Of a stretch of 64,000 bases of DNA, positions 54,746 to 64,000 are shown piece by piece. The DNA lies in the NCBI GenBank assembly GCA_048499805.1, contig JASNZF010000001.1, positions 303,551-367,550 on the forward strand, in the 5' to 3' direction. The DNA is from Gemmatimonadales bacterium. GTDB taxonomy: Bacteria; Gemmatimonadota; Gemmatimonadetes; Gemmatimonadales; GWC2-71-9. The position numbers and the translations under genes are program-made. Positions within the stretch are counted from its first letter, which is position 1. Every line of letters starts with the position of its first letter. Below the pieces are notes generated by a model. That model was given only the letters and a program-made list of their open reading frames with translations, made no database searches and was not told the DNA's origin.

Positions 54746-56578
54746 ATGACCACATCGGTACTCGATCACGCCCACACCCCGGCCGGGGAGAAGACCGGCC
54801 TGTGGAGCTGGATCACGACCGTGGACCACAAGCGGATCGGCATCCTCTACGGCGCCACGGCCTTTTTCTTCTTCCTGCTCGGCGGCCTGGAGGCGCTGGT
54901 CATCCGGCTCCAGCTGATGAAGCCCGAGAACGCCCTGGTCAGCCCGGACTTCTACAACCAGCTGTTCACGATGCACGGCACCAGCATGATCTTCCTGGCG
55001 GTCATGCCGTTGTCCGCGATGTTCTTCAACTACTTCATCCCGCTGCAGATCGGGGCCCGGGACGTCGCCTTTCCCCGGCTCAACGCCTTCAGCTACTGGG
55101 TCTTCCTGCTCGGCGGCATCTTCATCAACACCAGCTTCCTGTTCAATGCCGCCCCGAACGCCGGCTGGTTCGGGTATGCCAACCTGACCTCGCCCCAGTA
55201 CAGCCCGGGGCCGAACACCGACTTCTGGTTCCTCGGCCTCCAGATCCTGGGCGTCGCCTCGATCGCCGCGGCCGTCAACTTCTTCACCACCATCGTCAAC
55301 ATGCGGGCGCCGGGGATGACCCTGCTCCGGATGCCGATGTTCGTCTGGATGAGCTTCATCACCCAGATCCTGCTGCTGCTGGCCTTCCCCGTCATCACCG
55401 TGGCGCTCTTCTACCTGATGTTCGACCGCCACTTCGGGACCCACTTCTTCATTCCCTCGGGCGGTGGCGACCCGGTGCTCTGGCAGCACCTCTTCTGGAT
55501 CTTCGGCCATCCGGAGGTCTACATCCTGATCCTGCCGGCCTTCGGGGTGGTCTCCGAGGTCCTGCCGGTCTTCTCCCGGAAGCCGCTGTTCGGCTACACC
55601 GCCATGGTCTTCTCGGGGGCGTTCATCGCCTTCCTCGGCTTCGGCGTGTGGAGCCACCACATGTTCGCGACCGGCATGGGCCCGTACGGCGACGCCTTCT
55701 TCTCGCTGACCACGATGCTCATCGCCATCCCGACCGGCGTCAAGATCTTCAACTGGATCGGGACGATCTGGGGCGGCTCGATCCAGTTCCGCACCCCGAT
55801 GTACTTCGCCCTGGGCTTCATCGCGATGTTCATCATCGGCGGGCTGTCGGGCGTCATGCACGCCTCGCCGCCGGCGGACCTGCAGCAGACCGACACCTAC
55901 TTCATCGTGGCGCACTTTCACTATGTGCTCTTCGGGGGCAGCATCTTCGCCCTGACCGCCGGCGCCTACTACTGGTGGCCCAAGATGTTCGGGCGGATGC
56001 TGGACGAGACCATCGGCAAGGTGCACTTCTGGCTGATGTTCATCGGCTTCAACCTGACCTTCGCGCCGATGCACGTCCTCGGGCTCAACGGCATGCCCCG
56101 CCGGACCTACACCTATCCCGCCGGGCTCGGCTTCGAGTTCTGGAACATGGTCGAGACGGTGGGGTCCTTCATCATCGCGCTCTCCATGCTGGTCTTCCTC
56201 TACAACATGGTGAAGTCGCGCCGCGGCCCCGCCGCGCCGGCGGACCCCTGGCACGGCGCCACCCTGGAATGGTCGATCCCGTCGCCCCCGCCAGAGTTCA
56301 ACTTCGCCGAGGTGCCGACGGTGGCCAGCTCGGTGCCGGTGTGGGATGCGCGCCGCGCCGCGGGCGGCCACCTGCCCGAACCGGCGTTCCACGACGGCAA
56401 GGGGATCCACATGCCGAACCCGTCGATCAAGCCGCTGATCGCCGCGGTCGGGATGAGCATCCTGATGATCTCCATCATGTTCACCCACGCCGACTGGCCG
56501 TGGTGGGCGATGACGCTCACCGGGCTGGCCGTCATGCTCTACGGCATCTTCAGCTGGGCCTTCGAGCCGGCCGGCTGA
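54746..56578 (+). CDS. coxA: Cytochrome c oxidase subunit I (A1-type), with a C-terminal TM extension
   Basis: TVDHKRIG, FTMHG, DVAFPRLN, GHPEVY, WSHHM, IAIPTGVK and HFHYV. Confidence 0.97.
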   Translation: MTTSVLDHAHTPAGEKTGLWSWITTVDHKRIGILYGATAFFFFLLGGLEALVIRLQLMKPENALVSPDFYNQLFTMHGTSMIFLAVMPLSAMFFNYFIPLQIGARDVAFPRLNAFSYWVFLLGGIFINTSFLFNAAPNAGWFGYANLTSPQYSPGPNTDFWFLGLQILGVASIAAAVNFFTTIVNMRAPGMTLLRMPMFVWMSFITQILLLLAFPVITVALFYLMFDRHFGTHFFIPSGGGDPVLWQHLFWIFGHPEVYILILPAFGVVSEVLPVFSRKPLFGYTAMVFSGAFIAFLGFGVWSHHMFATGMGPYGDAFFSLTTMLIAIPTGVKIFNWIGTIWGGSIQFRTPMYFALGFIAMFIIGGLSGVMHASPPADLQQTDTYFIVAHFHYVLFGGSIFALTAGAYYWWPKMFGRMLDETIGKVHFWLMFIGFNLTFAPMHVLGLNGMPRRTYTYPAGLGFEFWNMVETVGSFIIALSMLVFLYNMVKSRRGPAAPADPWHGATLEWSIPSPPPEFNFAEVPTVASSVPVWDARRAAGGHLPEPAFHDGKGIHMPNPSIKPLIAAVGMSILMISIMFTHADWPWWAMTLTGLAVMLYGIFSWAFEPAG

Positions 56579-56599
56579 CCTCGAGACGGAGACTGATTC

Positions 56600-57190
56600 G
56601 TGTCCACTGCGGCGCATGCGGCACATCCCGAGACCACCACCGGCATTGACAGCCGGAAGCTGGCCATCTGGGCGTTCATCGGGTCGGAGTGCCTGTTCTT
56701 TGCCACCCTGATCTCGACCTACCTGGTGTACAAGGGGAAGAGCGTCACCGGGCCCCTGCCCGCCGACATCTTCGAGATTCCCCTGGTCACCTTCGGCACG
56801 GCGGTGCTGCTGTTCAGCTCCTTCTTCGTCGTGCTGGCGCTGAACGGCGCCCAGCGGGGCGACCGGAAGAAGCTGATCATGTGGCTCAGCCTGACGGTGC
56901 TGTGCGGGCTCTTCTTCGTCGGGATGCAGGTCTACGAGTTCCAGCACTTCTACCACAAGGGGCTGGGGCTCGGGACCAACCTCTTTGGCTCGAGCTTCTA
57001 CGTCCTGACCGGCTTTCACGGGACCCACGTGACCCTCGGCGTGATCTGGCTCTCGACCGTGCTGGTCGAGGCGATCCGGGGCCGGGTGCCCCCCGAGAAG
57101 GCGCTCAACCTCGAGATCGCCGCCCTCTATTGGCACTTCGTCGACGTGGTCTGGATCGTGATCTTCCCCGTTGTCTACCTGATGAGGTGA
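56600..57190 (+). CDS. coxC: Cytochrome c oxidase subunit III (short form)
   Basis: IGSECLFFATL, LTGFHGTHV and YWHFVDVVW. Confidence 0.96.
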   Translation: MSTAAHAAHPETTTGIDSRKLAIWAFIGSECLFFATLISTYLVYKGKSVTGPLPADIFEIPLVTFGTAVLLFSSFFVVLALNGAQRGDRKKLIMWLSLTVLCGLFFVGMQVYEFQHFYHKGLGLGTNLFGSSFYVLTGFHGTHVTLGVIWLSTVLVEAIRGRVPPEKALNLEIAALYWHFVDVVWIVIFPVVYLMR

Positions 57191-57194
57191 GTGG

Positions 57195-57536
57195 ATGAGT
57201 GCTCCCAGCGCCCACGCCGAGGGCCATGCCCACCCCAGCTCGGGCACCTACGTCAAGATTGCGGTCATCCTCTTCGCCCTGACCGCGCTCGAGGTGCTCG
57301 CCTACGAGATGGCCCACCGGCCCACCATGCCGCTCCATACCCTCATGGAGGCCACCCTCGTCCCCGTCCTGATCGTCCTCTCCGCGGCCAAGTTCGCGCT
57401 CGTGGCGATGTTCTACATGCACCTCAAGGGCGACGGCAAGCTGCTCACCAGCCTCTTTGTCTTCCCGATCATCATCGCCGCGGTGATCATCGTGATGCTG
57501 ATCGTGCTGATGGAGTACTGGGAAGTGATGCACTAG
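57195..57536 (+). CDS. Cytochrome c oxidase subunit IV (CtaF/CoxD-like)
   Basis: YVKIAVILFALTALEV, AKFALVAMFYMHLK. Last gene of the operon. Confidence 0.88.
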   Translation: MSAPSAHAEGHAHPSSGTYVKIAVILFALTALEVLAYEMAHRPTMPLHTLMEATLVPVLIVLSAAKFALVAMFYMHLKGDGKLLTSLFVFPIIIAAVIIVMLIVLMEYWEVMH

Positions 57537-57544
57537 GGCGGGGA

Positions 57545-57693
57545 CTAGGGATTAGGGTCTAGGGACTAGGGACTACGGTTGCCCGGTCCAGATTGGGAAA
57601 TGAAATGGGGCGGGACTCCACTCGGAGCCCCGCCTCACTCATTTCACCGAACCCTCTTCTTGAACCCCCAGTCCCTAGTCCCCAGACCCTAGC
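57545..57693. repeat. Inverted heptamer arrays flanking a hairpin
   Basis: CTAGGGA TTAGGGT CTAGGGA CTAGGGA, then CCCCAGT CCCTAGT CCCCAGA CCCTAGC. Confidence 0.82.
57601..57646. terminator. Probable bidirectional terminator between convergent genes
   Basis: TGAAATG-GGGCGGGACTCC-ACTC-GGAGCCCCGCCT-CACT-CATTTCA hairpin. Confidence 0.6.
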
Positions 57694-57707
57694 TTCTGGC
57701 CCGCCTC

Positions 57708-59252
57708 TCACTGCTTCCGCGGCAGCAACCCCTCCCGGTTGGCCGTGAAGTACACGAACGCCGCCACTACCGCCGCGTTGAGCTTGAGGTCGTCGGGCGA
57801 CAGCCGCTCATAGACGTCCTGGCTGCTGTGGTGGGTCCGGGTACTGTACTCCATCGGGTCCTGGATGAACTGGAAGCCGGGGATCCCCACCCGGTCGAAC
57901 GACTGGTGGTCGGTGCCGCCGGTGTTGCTGATCGTGACCGTGGTGACGCCCTTGTCGGCAAACGGGGCCATCCACGCCTTGAAGATCGGGCCCACCGCGG
58001 CGTTGCCCTGCAGGTACACCCCGCGGAACGCCCCGGTGCCGTTGTCCATGTTGTAGTAGGCGCTGATCTTGCCATGGGCCGGCTTCCGCTCGCCCTGCGC
58101 ATTGCCGAACTGCTGCTCCACGTACATCCGCGACCCGATCAGCCCCTGCTCCTCGCCGGTCCAGAGGCCCAGGCGCACCGTGCGCCGGAGCGGCAGGTTG
58201 AGCGCCTTGAGGATTCGCATCGCCTCGATCATCACCGCCGACCCCGACGAGTTGTCGGTGGCGCCGGTGCCGGCGTGCCAGGTGTCAAAGTGGGCGCCCA
58301 GCATCACGATCTCGTCGGCGCGGTCGGTGCCGGGGATGTCGGCCATCACGTTGAAGGAGTTCAGGTCGGCGTCGTGGAAGGTGTTGCGGATGTCGAGCTC
58401 CATCCGGACCGCCTGGCCCAGCTCCAGCAGCCGCGCGATCCGGCCATAATGCTCGATCGCCACGATGGCAATCGGGAGGGGCGCCGGATTGGCCGGATCC
58501 CGGCTCCCCGCACCGCCGGTGAAGACGGTGCCGCCATCGCCGCGACCGGGCTGCAGGATCGCCGCCACGCCTTCGCTCTTGAACAGTTCGGTGCGGGCGG
58601 CGTTCAGCGCCTGGGCCGCCTGGAAGCTGGTCGGGGCGTTGGCTGCCTGGACGGGACCACCGGGGCCCGCGCCGGGCGGGGGTGGGGGCGGCGCGTTGGC
58701 CATCCGCTCCAGGTCGGCGTCGGAGAAACGCCTGGCGTTGGGCTGCCAGTTGGGTTCCACTGCCCGCATCGGCGTGACCATGACGATCTTGCCGCCCAGC
58801 GTGCCGCGGTACTTCGCCAGGTCGGCCACGCTGTCGGCCGCCACCATCACCACCTCGGCCTGCAGCGGTCCCGTGGTGCCCGGCGTCCAGGCGGCCGGGT
58901 AGGCGATCACCGGGAACGGGGTCGGAGCGGTCACCTGCGCCACCATCCGCTCGTTGGTCCAGCCGCGCCCGAACGGCCCCCACGGCTCCATTCGTCCGGT
59001 CGGAATGCCCCAGCCGCGGAGCGCCGAGATGACCCACTCGCCGCCGGCCTTCATCGTCGGCGAACCGGTCAGGCGCGGGCCGTACATGTCGGTCAGCATG
59101 CTGGCGATGTGCATCACCTGCGAGCGGTTAAAGGCTTCATCACGAATCCGCTGGACCACCGCGGCATCGACCCGCTCCTGCGCCCGGGCCGGCAGTGGGG
59201 CAATGGCCAAAAGGGCCAGTGCGGGAAGGGCATGGCGGAGCTTGAGGCGCAT
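57708..59252 (-). CDS. M28 family (carboxypeptidase Q-like) secreted metallopeptidase
   Basis: ATG 59252 with a signal peptide. GPRLTGS, GAHFDTWHAGTGATDNSSG, TGEEQGLIGS, NMDNGTG and TDHQSF...HHS. Confidence 0.93.
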   Translation of the reverse strand: MRLKLRHALPALALLAIAPLPARAQERVDAAVVQRIRDEAFNRSQVMHIASMLTDMYGPRLTGSPTMKAGGEWVISALRGWGIPTGRMEPWGPFGRGWTNERMVAQVTAPTPFPVIAYPAAWTPGTTGPLQAEVVMVAADSVADLAKYRGTLGGKIVMVTPMRAVEPNWQPNARRFSDADLERMANAPPPPPPGAGPGGPVQAANAPTSFQAAQALNAARTELFKSEGVAAILQPGRGDGGTVFTGGAGSRDPANPAPLPIAIVAIEHYGRIARLLELGQAVRMELDIRNTFHDADLNSFNVMADIPGTDRADEIVMLGAHFDTWHAGTGATDNSSGSAVMIEAMRILKALNLPLRRTVRLGLWTGEEQGLIGSRMYVEQQFGNAQGERKPAHGKISAYYNMDNGTGAFRGVYLQGNAAVGPIFKAWMAPFADKGVTTVTISNTGGTDHQSFDRVGIPGFQFIQDPMEYSTRTHHSSQDVYERLSPDDLKLNAAVVAAFVYFTANREGLLPRKQ

Positions 59253-59360
59253 GGAACGATCCTGGTTGGGGGCTGGGGACCTGGGGGTGGAACCGGGCGT
59301 TTCGTGCCCATCTACATGATACGCGCGGGCCGGGCAAAGCGTCACCGCTGGGTGGGAATT

Positions 59361-59395
59361 GGGTGCCGGGTGTCGGGTGTCAGCTGTCGGGTGAT
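59361..59395. repeat. G-rich heptamer array
   Basis: GGGTGCC GGGTGTC GGGTGTC AGCTGTC GGGTGAT, close to the complement of the unit at 35575-35595. Confidence 0.7.
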
Positions 59396-60024
59396 GGGTT
59401 GGGTCGGTGGGAGGCGAGGAGTATCGCCCCGGCCACCGTGGTTTCGAACCGGGTGCGGACGGGGTTGCCGAGCCGGCGGGTGGCGGCCTCGCGGAGCGCT
59501 TCCTCCTCGTGGTCTTCCCAGGCGGGGAGGTCGAACGGCTGGGCCGGGAGCGATGCGTATTCCGGGAAGTCATCCTGGATCGGGCAGGCGTTGGGGATCT
59601 CGCCTCCCCCGCTGCTCTGGAGCCCGAGTCCCATGATCCGGCAGACCAGCGGGCGGGCAGCGTAAATCGAACAACTCCCCGTCGGGTCGAGGGCGGGGCA
59701 GCGTTCCTCGGCCAGGGCCTCGCAGAGGTCGTCAAACGCCTCGTCGCCGAGGGACGAGACATCCCACGGTGCCGCGAGGGTGGGGGCAAGTTCGCGCATC
59801 TGCTCCAGCTGGGCGGTTGCCAGAACAACTATCGGGCGGCGCACCGCCTCCGGGAGCGCGGCCACCGCGGTGGCCACGACATCGGCGTCGGCGACGGAGA
59901 TGTCGAAGGGGCCGTGGCAGCAGGCCGAGCAGCCGGGCCGGCAGGGGATGACACCGGGGTGCGCGGCGCGGGCGGTGTCCTGCCAGGCGTCGAGTTGTTC
60001 CAGCAGGGGGAGGTATCGGGTCAT
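59380..60024 (-). CDS. YkgJ family cysteine-cluster (Zn/Fe-chelating) protein
   Basis: CRPGCSACC, CPAL and CSIYAARPLVCR motifs. ATG 60024. Confidence 0.88.
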   Translation of the reverse strand: MTRYLPLLEQLDAWQDTARAAHPGVIPCRPGCSACCHGPFDISVADADVVATAVAALPEAVRRPIVVLATAQLEQMRELAPTLAAPWDVSSLGDEAFDDLCEALAEERCPALDPTGSCSIYAARPLVCRIMGLGLQSSGGGEIPNACPIQDDFPEYASLPAQPFDLPAWEDHEEEALREAATRRLGNPVRTRFETTVAGAILLASHRPNPSPDS

Positions 60025-60028
60025 CGCA

Positions 60029-60406
60029 TCAGGCGCTCCGCACCCCCCACACCACCGCCAACCACCCCACCAGGAACGCCACCCCGCCCAGCGGGGTGAC
60101 GGCGCCAAGCCAGGTCTTGCCGGTCAGGGTCATGGCGTAAAGACTGCCCGAGAAGAGCACCGTGCCCGCCACGAACGCCCACCCTGCCACTTGCACCGGG
60201 GTGCCGCCGGTCCGCTCGGCCAGCCATGCCACGAACAGCAGCGCCAGGGCATGGTACATCTGGTAGCGTGCCCCGGTCTCGAAGACCTCGAGCAATCGCG
60301 GCTCCACCCGGGCACGCAGCGCGTGGGCGCCGAACGCCCCGGCCGCCACCGCGATTCCCGCCGATAGCGCCCCGAGCATTGCCCACTGCCTCGCCAGTGC
60401 ATTCAT
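60029..60406 (-). CDS. DUF423 (YgdD/TMEM256) small membrane protein
   Basis: AGAFGAHALR, FETGARYQMYHALALL, LFSGSLYAM and VTPLGG. Confidence 0.92.
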   Translation of the reverse strand: MNALARQWAMLGALSAGIAVAAGAFGAHALRARVEPRLLEVFETGARYQMYHALALLFVAWLAERTGGTPVQVAGWAFVAGTVLFSGSLYAMTLTGKTWLGAVTPLGGVAFLVGWLAVVWGVRSA

Positions 60407-60438
60407 CTTGCCATCCCCCACCAGGATGCTACCTTCGC

Positions 60439-60478
60439 CGCTGCCCCGCTGCCCCGCTGCCCCGCTGCCCCGCTGCCC
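60439..60478. repeat. Perfect octamer tandem repeat (CGCTGCCC)x5
   Basis: Five exact copies directly after the fabI stop. Confidence 0.9.
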
Positions 60479-60482
60479 CGCC

Positions 60483-61403
60483 TCAGCTCACCTCTCCTGC
60501 CCCGCTGCCGCCCCCCCCGACCACCGCCATCCCCATCGCATGGTAGCCGTTGTCCACGTACACCGTGCTGCCAGTGATCGCCGCGGCCATCGGGCTCGCC
60601 AGGAACGCCGCCGTGTGCCCCACGTCCATCGCCTCGAGGTCGCGGGTGAGTGGCGAGTTCGCCCTGCAGTACTCGACCATCCGCTCAATGATCCCGATGG
60701 CACTCGCCGCCCGGCTGGCGTACGGCCCCGCCGAGATGGTGTTGATCCGTACCCCCCAGCGCCGCCCCGCCTCGAACGCCAGGGTGCGGGTGTCGGCTTC
60801 CAGGGCCGCCTTGGCCGAGCTCATCCCGCCGCCGTAGCCTGGGATGGCGCGCTCGCTGGCCATGTAGGTGAGCGAGAGGAAGTTGCCGCCCGGCCGCATC
60901 AGTGGCGCGAGGGTTCGTACCAGCGAGATGTTGCTGTATGCCGAGACGCTCACGGCGCCGAGATAGCCGTTGCGCGTCGTGTCCACCAGCGCCGACTTGA
61001 CCTCGGCTCCGTTGGCCAGGCTGTGGACCACGATGTCCAGCGCCTGGGGTCCGAAGTCGGCCGCGATCCGCGCCGCCACCCCGGCGATCGTGAAGTCGCC
61101 CCGCTCCTTGTAGCGCTTGTTCTCCCGAATGTCCTCGGGGACGTCCTCCATCCGGTCATAGGCGGCATCGAGCGGATAGATCCGCTCAAAGGTCATCGGC
61201 TGGCCATTGGAGAGGGTCATCGACTCCGACATCTTGCCGCGCTCCAGCAGTTTCTCGAAGATGCCCATCGCGGGGGGCCAGGTGCCGACACAGACACTGG
61301 CACCGGCCTCCGCGAGTGCCTTCGCGATGGCGAACCCGAAACCACCGTCGTCGGCGACTCCCGCGACAAAGGCACGCTTCCCTGTCAGGTCAATTGGCAG
61401 CAT
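60483..61403 (-). CDS. fabI: Enoyl-[ACP] reductase (NADH), plant/chlamydial type
   Basis: AGVADDGGFGFAIAK, GTWPP, IYPLDA, HSLANG, LTYMAS, YGGGMSSAKAALE and SAGPYASRAA. Confidence 0.92.
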   Translation of the reverse strand: MLPIDLTGKRAFVAGVADDGGFGFAIAKALAEAGASVCVGTWPPAMGIFEKLLERGKMSESMTLSNGQPMTFERIYPLDAAYDRMEDVPEDIRENKRYKERGDFTIAGVAARIAADFGPQALDIVVHSLANGAEVKSALVDTTRNGYLGAVSVSAYSNISLVRTLAPLMRPGGNFLSLTYMASERAIPGYGGGMSSAKAALEADTRTLAFEAGRRWGVRINTISAGPYASRAASAIGIIERMVEYCRANSPLTRDLEAMDVGHTAAFLASPMAAAITGSTVYVDNGYHAMGMAVVGGGGSGAGEVS

Positions 61404-61497
61404 CGCGACTCCCTGTGGTGTCCTGGCGCTGAAATGGAATCAACCCGGGAAAGATATCGGATCCGGGGCGAGGATGGGGGTTCGGGTCGGTGGCCAA

Positions 61498-61748
61498 GGG
61501 GTCACGCGGAGGCGCGGAGGAAAGGGAGACGCAGAGGGACTCCAGCGACAGGAGGGGCCTCGCGCCCCGCTTGGGACCGAACCATTGGGGGTGAACAGCC
61601 CGATCAGCATCGCGGGGAGCGCCAACGCTCGCCGACGAGGGTCATCCGATCACATTCCCTGGATTCACTGCTAGGCGACAATCCTGCGCGAATGGATGAA
61701 ACCACTCCGCGTCTCAGCATTTCGTCTCCGCGCCTCCGCGTGAGCCCC
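61498..61748. mobile_element. MITE-like element bounded by long terminal inverted repeats
   Basis: TCACGCGGAGGCGCGGAG (61502-61519) and CTCCGCGCCTCCGCGTGA (61726-61743) form a perfect 18-bp IR. An inner partial IR pairs GAGACGCAGAG with CTCCGCGTCTC. No convincing ORF inside. Confidence 0.5.
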
Positions 61749-61764
61749 CTGGCGCAGTCCGACC

Positions 61765-64000
61765 TCAGTCCGCCCGGAGCACCTCGAGCGGCGTCCGGTT
61801 GAGGATCTCCGAGCTGTTCCAGAGACCCACCGTCACCGTCACGAACACCAGGGCACCTGCCAGCCCGCCCAGCGGGAGCATCGGCAGGGCAAACGGCTGG
61901 TCGAACACCCACTTGGCCAGGGCCCAGCCCGCGACCGATGCCAGCACCACCGAGGCCATCGCGGCCAGGATGCCCAATGCCAGGTACTCGGTGATGATGA
62001 CCCGGAGCACCTGCCGCCGGGTGGCGCCCAGGGTCTTGAGCAGGACACCCTCGCGGATCCGCTGGTATCGACTGGTGGCCACGGCGCCGATCAGGACGAT
62101 GGCGCCGGTCACCAGGCTGAACAGCGCCATGAACCGCACCGCCAGGGTGGCCTTGTCGAGCACGCCCTCGATGGCCTGCTGCACCTGTGACAGGTCGATC
62201 GCGGTGACATTCGGGTAGCGTTCCGCCATGGTGCGCTGCAGCCCGCCCCGCAGGGTCGGGTCCTCCACCCGGGTCAGCGTCACCAGCATCTGCGGCGCCC
62301 GCTCCAGGGCCCCACTCGCGAAGACCACGAAGAAGTTGGTCTCGAACCGGCCCCAGTCCACCTCGCGCACGCTCCACACCTGGCTCCGGACCGAGGCGCC
62401 GAGCACGTCCCACTCGATCTCATCGCCAATGGTGACATCCAGTTCCTCGGCGATGCTCACCTCGATCGAGACCGGCACCGGTTCCCCCGGCGCCCGAGCC
62501 TCCGTCCCCCACATCCGGCCCGCCACCAGCGTCTCGCCACCTGTCAGGGAATCCCGGTAGGTGGAGCGATACTCTCGGCGCCGGCCCCATCCACCTCGCT
62601 GCTGGTTGCCCGGCCCCCCGACCGAATCCACGCTGGTACTGTCCCCACCGACCTCCTGACCCGCCGACCCGCCCTCGCTGCCCCCCTGCCCCCCTGCCCC
62701 CCTGACCGGCACCCCCTTCACCGACCGGATGCGCATCGGCACGATCGGAACCGGTGTCTGGCCGGGGAATCCGGCATCGGCCATGATCTGGGCCACGCCC
62801 TCGGCCTGATCGGGCTGGATCTCGAAGAACATCAGGTTGGGTCGGGTGCCCCCCGCGCCCTCGATCCGGAACTCGCGCAGCAGGTTGTGCTGCACCAGGA
62901 ACAGCGTGCTCAGCAGGAAGGCGCCGAAGCCCAGGCTGAGCACCACCGTCACCGTCTGGTTGGCGGGCCGGTACAGGTTCGCCATCCCCTGCCGGATCAG
63001 GTACGGCCACCGCTTGGGAAACCAGCGCCGCACCCCCTTGATCAGCGCCAGCGCCGCCAACCAGAGCCCGAACAGCACGACCCCCGCGGAGGCCGCGAAG
63101 ATCGCCCCCTGCTGGAGGTCGCGCACCTGGACTGCAGAGAGGAGGACGACGCTGACGACCAGCAGGAGTGCCGCCACCAGGCGCACTGGATCCCGCTTGC
63201 GACGCGGTGCCTCGTAGTCGCGCCGCAGGGTCATGAGCGGGGAGATGTGCCGGATCCCCAGGAGCGGGAGCATGGCGAAGATCGCCGAGACCCAGAAGCC
63301 CAGCCCGATCCCGATCAGGATCGCGCGGGGCGACGGGAGCACCCGGACATCGACCGGCAGGAGGTCCACGAAGAGCAGGGGCATCCCCTGCTGCACCCCG
63401 ATGCCGATGGCGGCGCCGAGGATGCTGCCGATGCCTCCCATGGCCACTGCCTGGAGGAGGTAGACGGCGAAGACCTCCGGGGTGGTGGCGCCGAGGCAGC
63501 GCAGGACGGCGATGACATCAAGCTTCTGGCGGATGAACACGTGCACCGCGCTGGCCACGCCGAGGCCGCCTAGGAGCAGGGCCACCAGCGCCACCAGGCC
63601 GAGGTAGTCGCCCAGGCGCTGGAGCGCCTCGGTCAGGTCATCCCGGTCCTCCTCCACGGTGCGAATGCCGGAGCGCTCGGCGCGCAGCTCCTGCCGGTAG
63701 GCATCGTCGAGGGTGGTGGCCTGCTGGGGGTCGGCGAGCCGCACGTAGGCCTCGTACTCCACGCGTGCGCCGAACTGGACCAGCCCCGTGGCGTCCAGGT
63801 CGCCCCGGCTGATGAAGACCCGCGGGCCGAAGGCCGAGGCCACCGCCACGGTGCCCGGGAAGTTGAGGACCACCCCGCCGATCGTGAACGTCGCCTCGCC
63901 GAGCGAGAGGGTGTCGCCGACCCGGGCGTTGAGGGCCGGCAGCAGGGTTGGATCCACCAGGACGATGCCGCCCTCGCCAAGCTGCGACCAGAGGCCGGCC
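61765..64000 (-). CDS. FtsX-like duplicated ABC permease (YbbP-like); 5' end outside the window
   Basis: The frame is open to the window edge. LGLVALVALLLGGLGVASAV, AVLRCLGAT, FFVVF and RIREGVLLKTLGAT. Confidence 0.92.
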   Translation of the reverse strand, partial: AGLWSQLGEGGIVLVDPTLLPALNARVGDTLSLGEATFTIGGVVLNFPGTVAVASAFGPRVFISRGDLDATGLVQFGARVEYEAYVRLADPQQATTLDDAYRQELRAERSGIRTVEEDRDDLTEALQRLGDYLGLVALVALLLGGLGVASAVHVFIRQKLDVIAVLRCLGATTPEVFAVYLLQAVAMGGIGSILGAAIGIGVQQGMPLLFVDLLPVDVRVLPSPRAILIGIGLGFWVSAIFAMLPLLGIRHISPLMTLRRDYEAPRRKRDPVRLVAALLLVVSVVLLSAVQVRDLQQGAIFAASAGVVLFGLWLAALALIKGVRRWFPKRWPYLIRQGMANLYRPANQTVTVVLSLGFGAFLLSTLFLVQHNLLREFRIEGAGGTRPNLMFFEIQPDQAEGVAQIMADAGFPGQTPVPIVPMRIRSVKGVPVRGAGGQGGSEGGSAGQEVGGDSTSVDSVGGPGNQQRGGWGRRREYRSTYRDSLTGGETLVAGRMWGTEARAPGEPVPVSIEVSIAEELDVTIGDEIEWDVLGASVRSQVWSVREVDWGRFETNFFVVFASGALERAPQMLVTLTRVEDPTLRGGLQRTMAERYPNVTAIDLSQVQQAIEGVLDKATLAVRFMALFSLVTGAIVLIGAVATSRYQRIREGVLLKTLGATRRQVLRVIITEYLALGILAAMASVVLASVAGWALAKWVFDQPFALPMLPLGGLAGALVFVTVTVGLWNSSEILNRTPLEVLRAD

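Noticed and set aside
54692-57247. 851-aa minus-strand ORF
   Set aside because: Antisense shadow of coxA and coxC.
53617-57536. Novelty in the oxidase operon
   Set aside because: Standard caa3-type A1 oxidase. The long subunit I with short subunit III is a known arrangement.
28551-60478. Tandem repeats as a CRISPR array
   Set aside because: Units are 6-8 nt with no unique spacers, and there are no cas genes.
62560-62710. G/C-rich low-complexity stretch inside the last permease
   Set aside because: It encodes a Gly/Ser-rich in-frame linker and is not a separate element.

Overview
This is a high-GC, gene-dense bacterial chromosome segment with no rRNA, tRNA, CRISPR array or transposase visible. 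The gene repertoire (ADOP-type duplicated permeases, PadR, M28 peptidases, BNR/VPS10 and other beta-propeller proteins) suggests Gemmatimonadota or a similar lineage; this is inference. Main blocks in order: (1) stress and ion cluster (APC-USP fusion, RidA, USP, P-type ATPase, lipoprotein RidA); (2) bactofilin plus a Zn-ribbon gene; (3) a tightly coupled 8-gene sulfate-activation operon (cysD, cysN, cysC, cysQ) flanked by three AlkP-superfamily enzymes, with no canonical sulfotransferase or PAPS/sulfite reductase; (4) detox and signalling genes; (5) a DNA-damage region (tag, catalytically degenerate Y-family polymerase, SPL-like radical SAM with a coupled 50-aa Zn-ribbon, DEDDh exonuclease) whose promoters share a CTTC-N7-(G/C)TTC candidate LexA box; (6) secreted hydrolases and a hybrid kinase; (7) groES-like gene, greA and a caa3-type oxidase operon; (8) plant/chlamydial-type fabI. 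Many intergenic regions carry heptamer tandem repeats, and one carries a MITE-like element. Most long ORFs in the supplied track are antisense or alternate-frame shadows, and several starts were corrected by hand. All family assignments come from motif recognition by eye, not from database searches.
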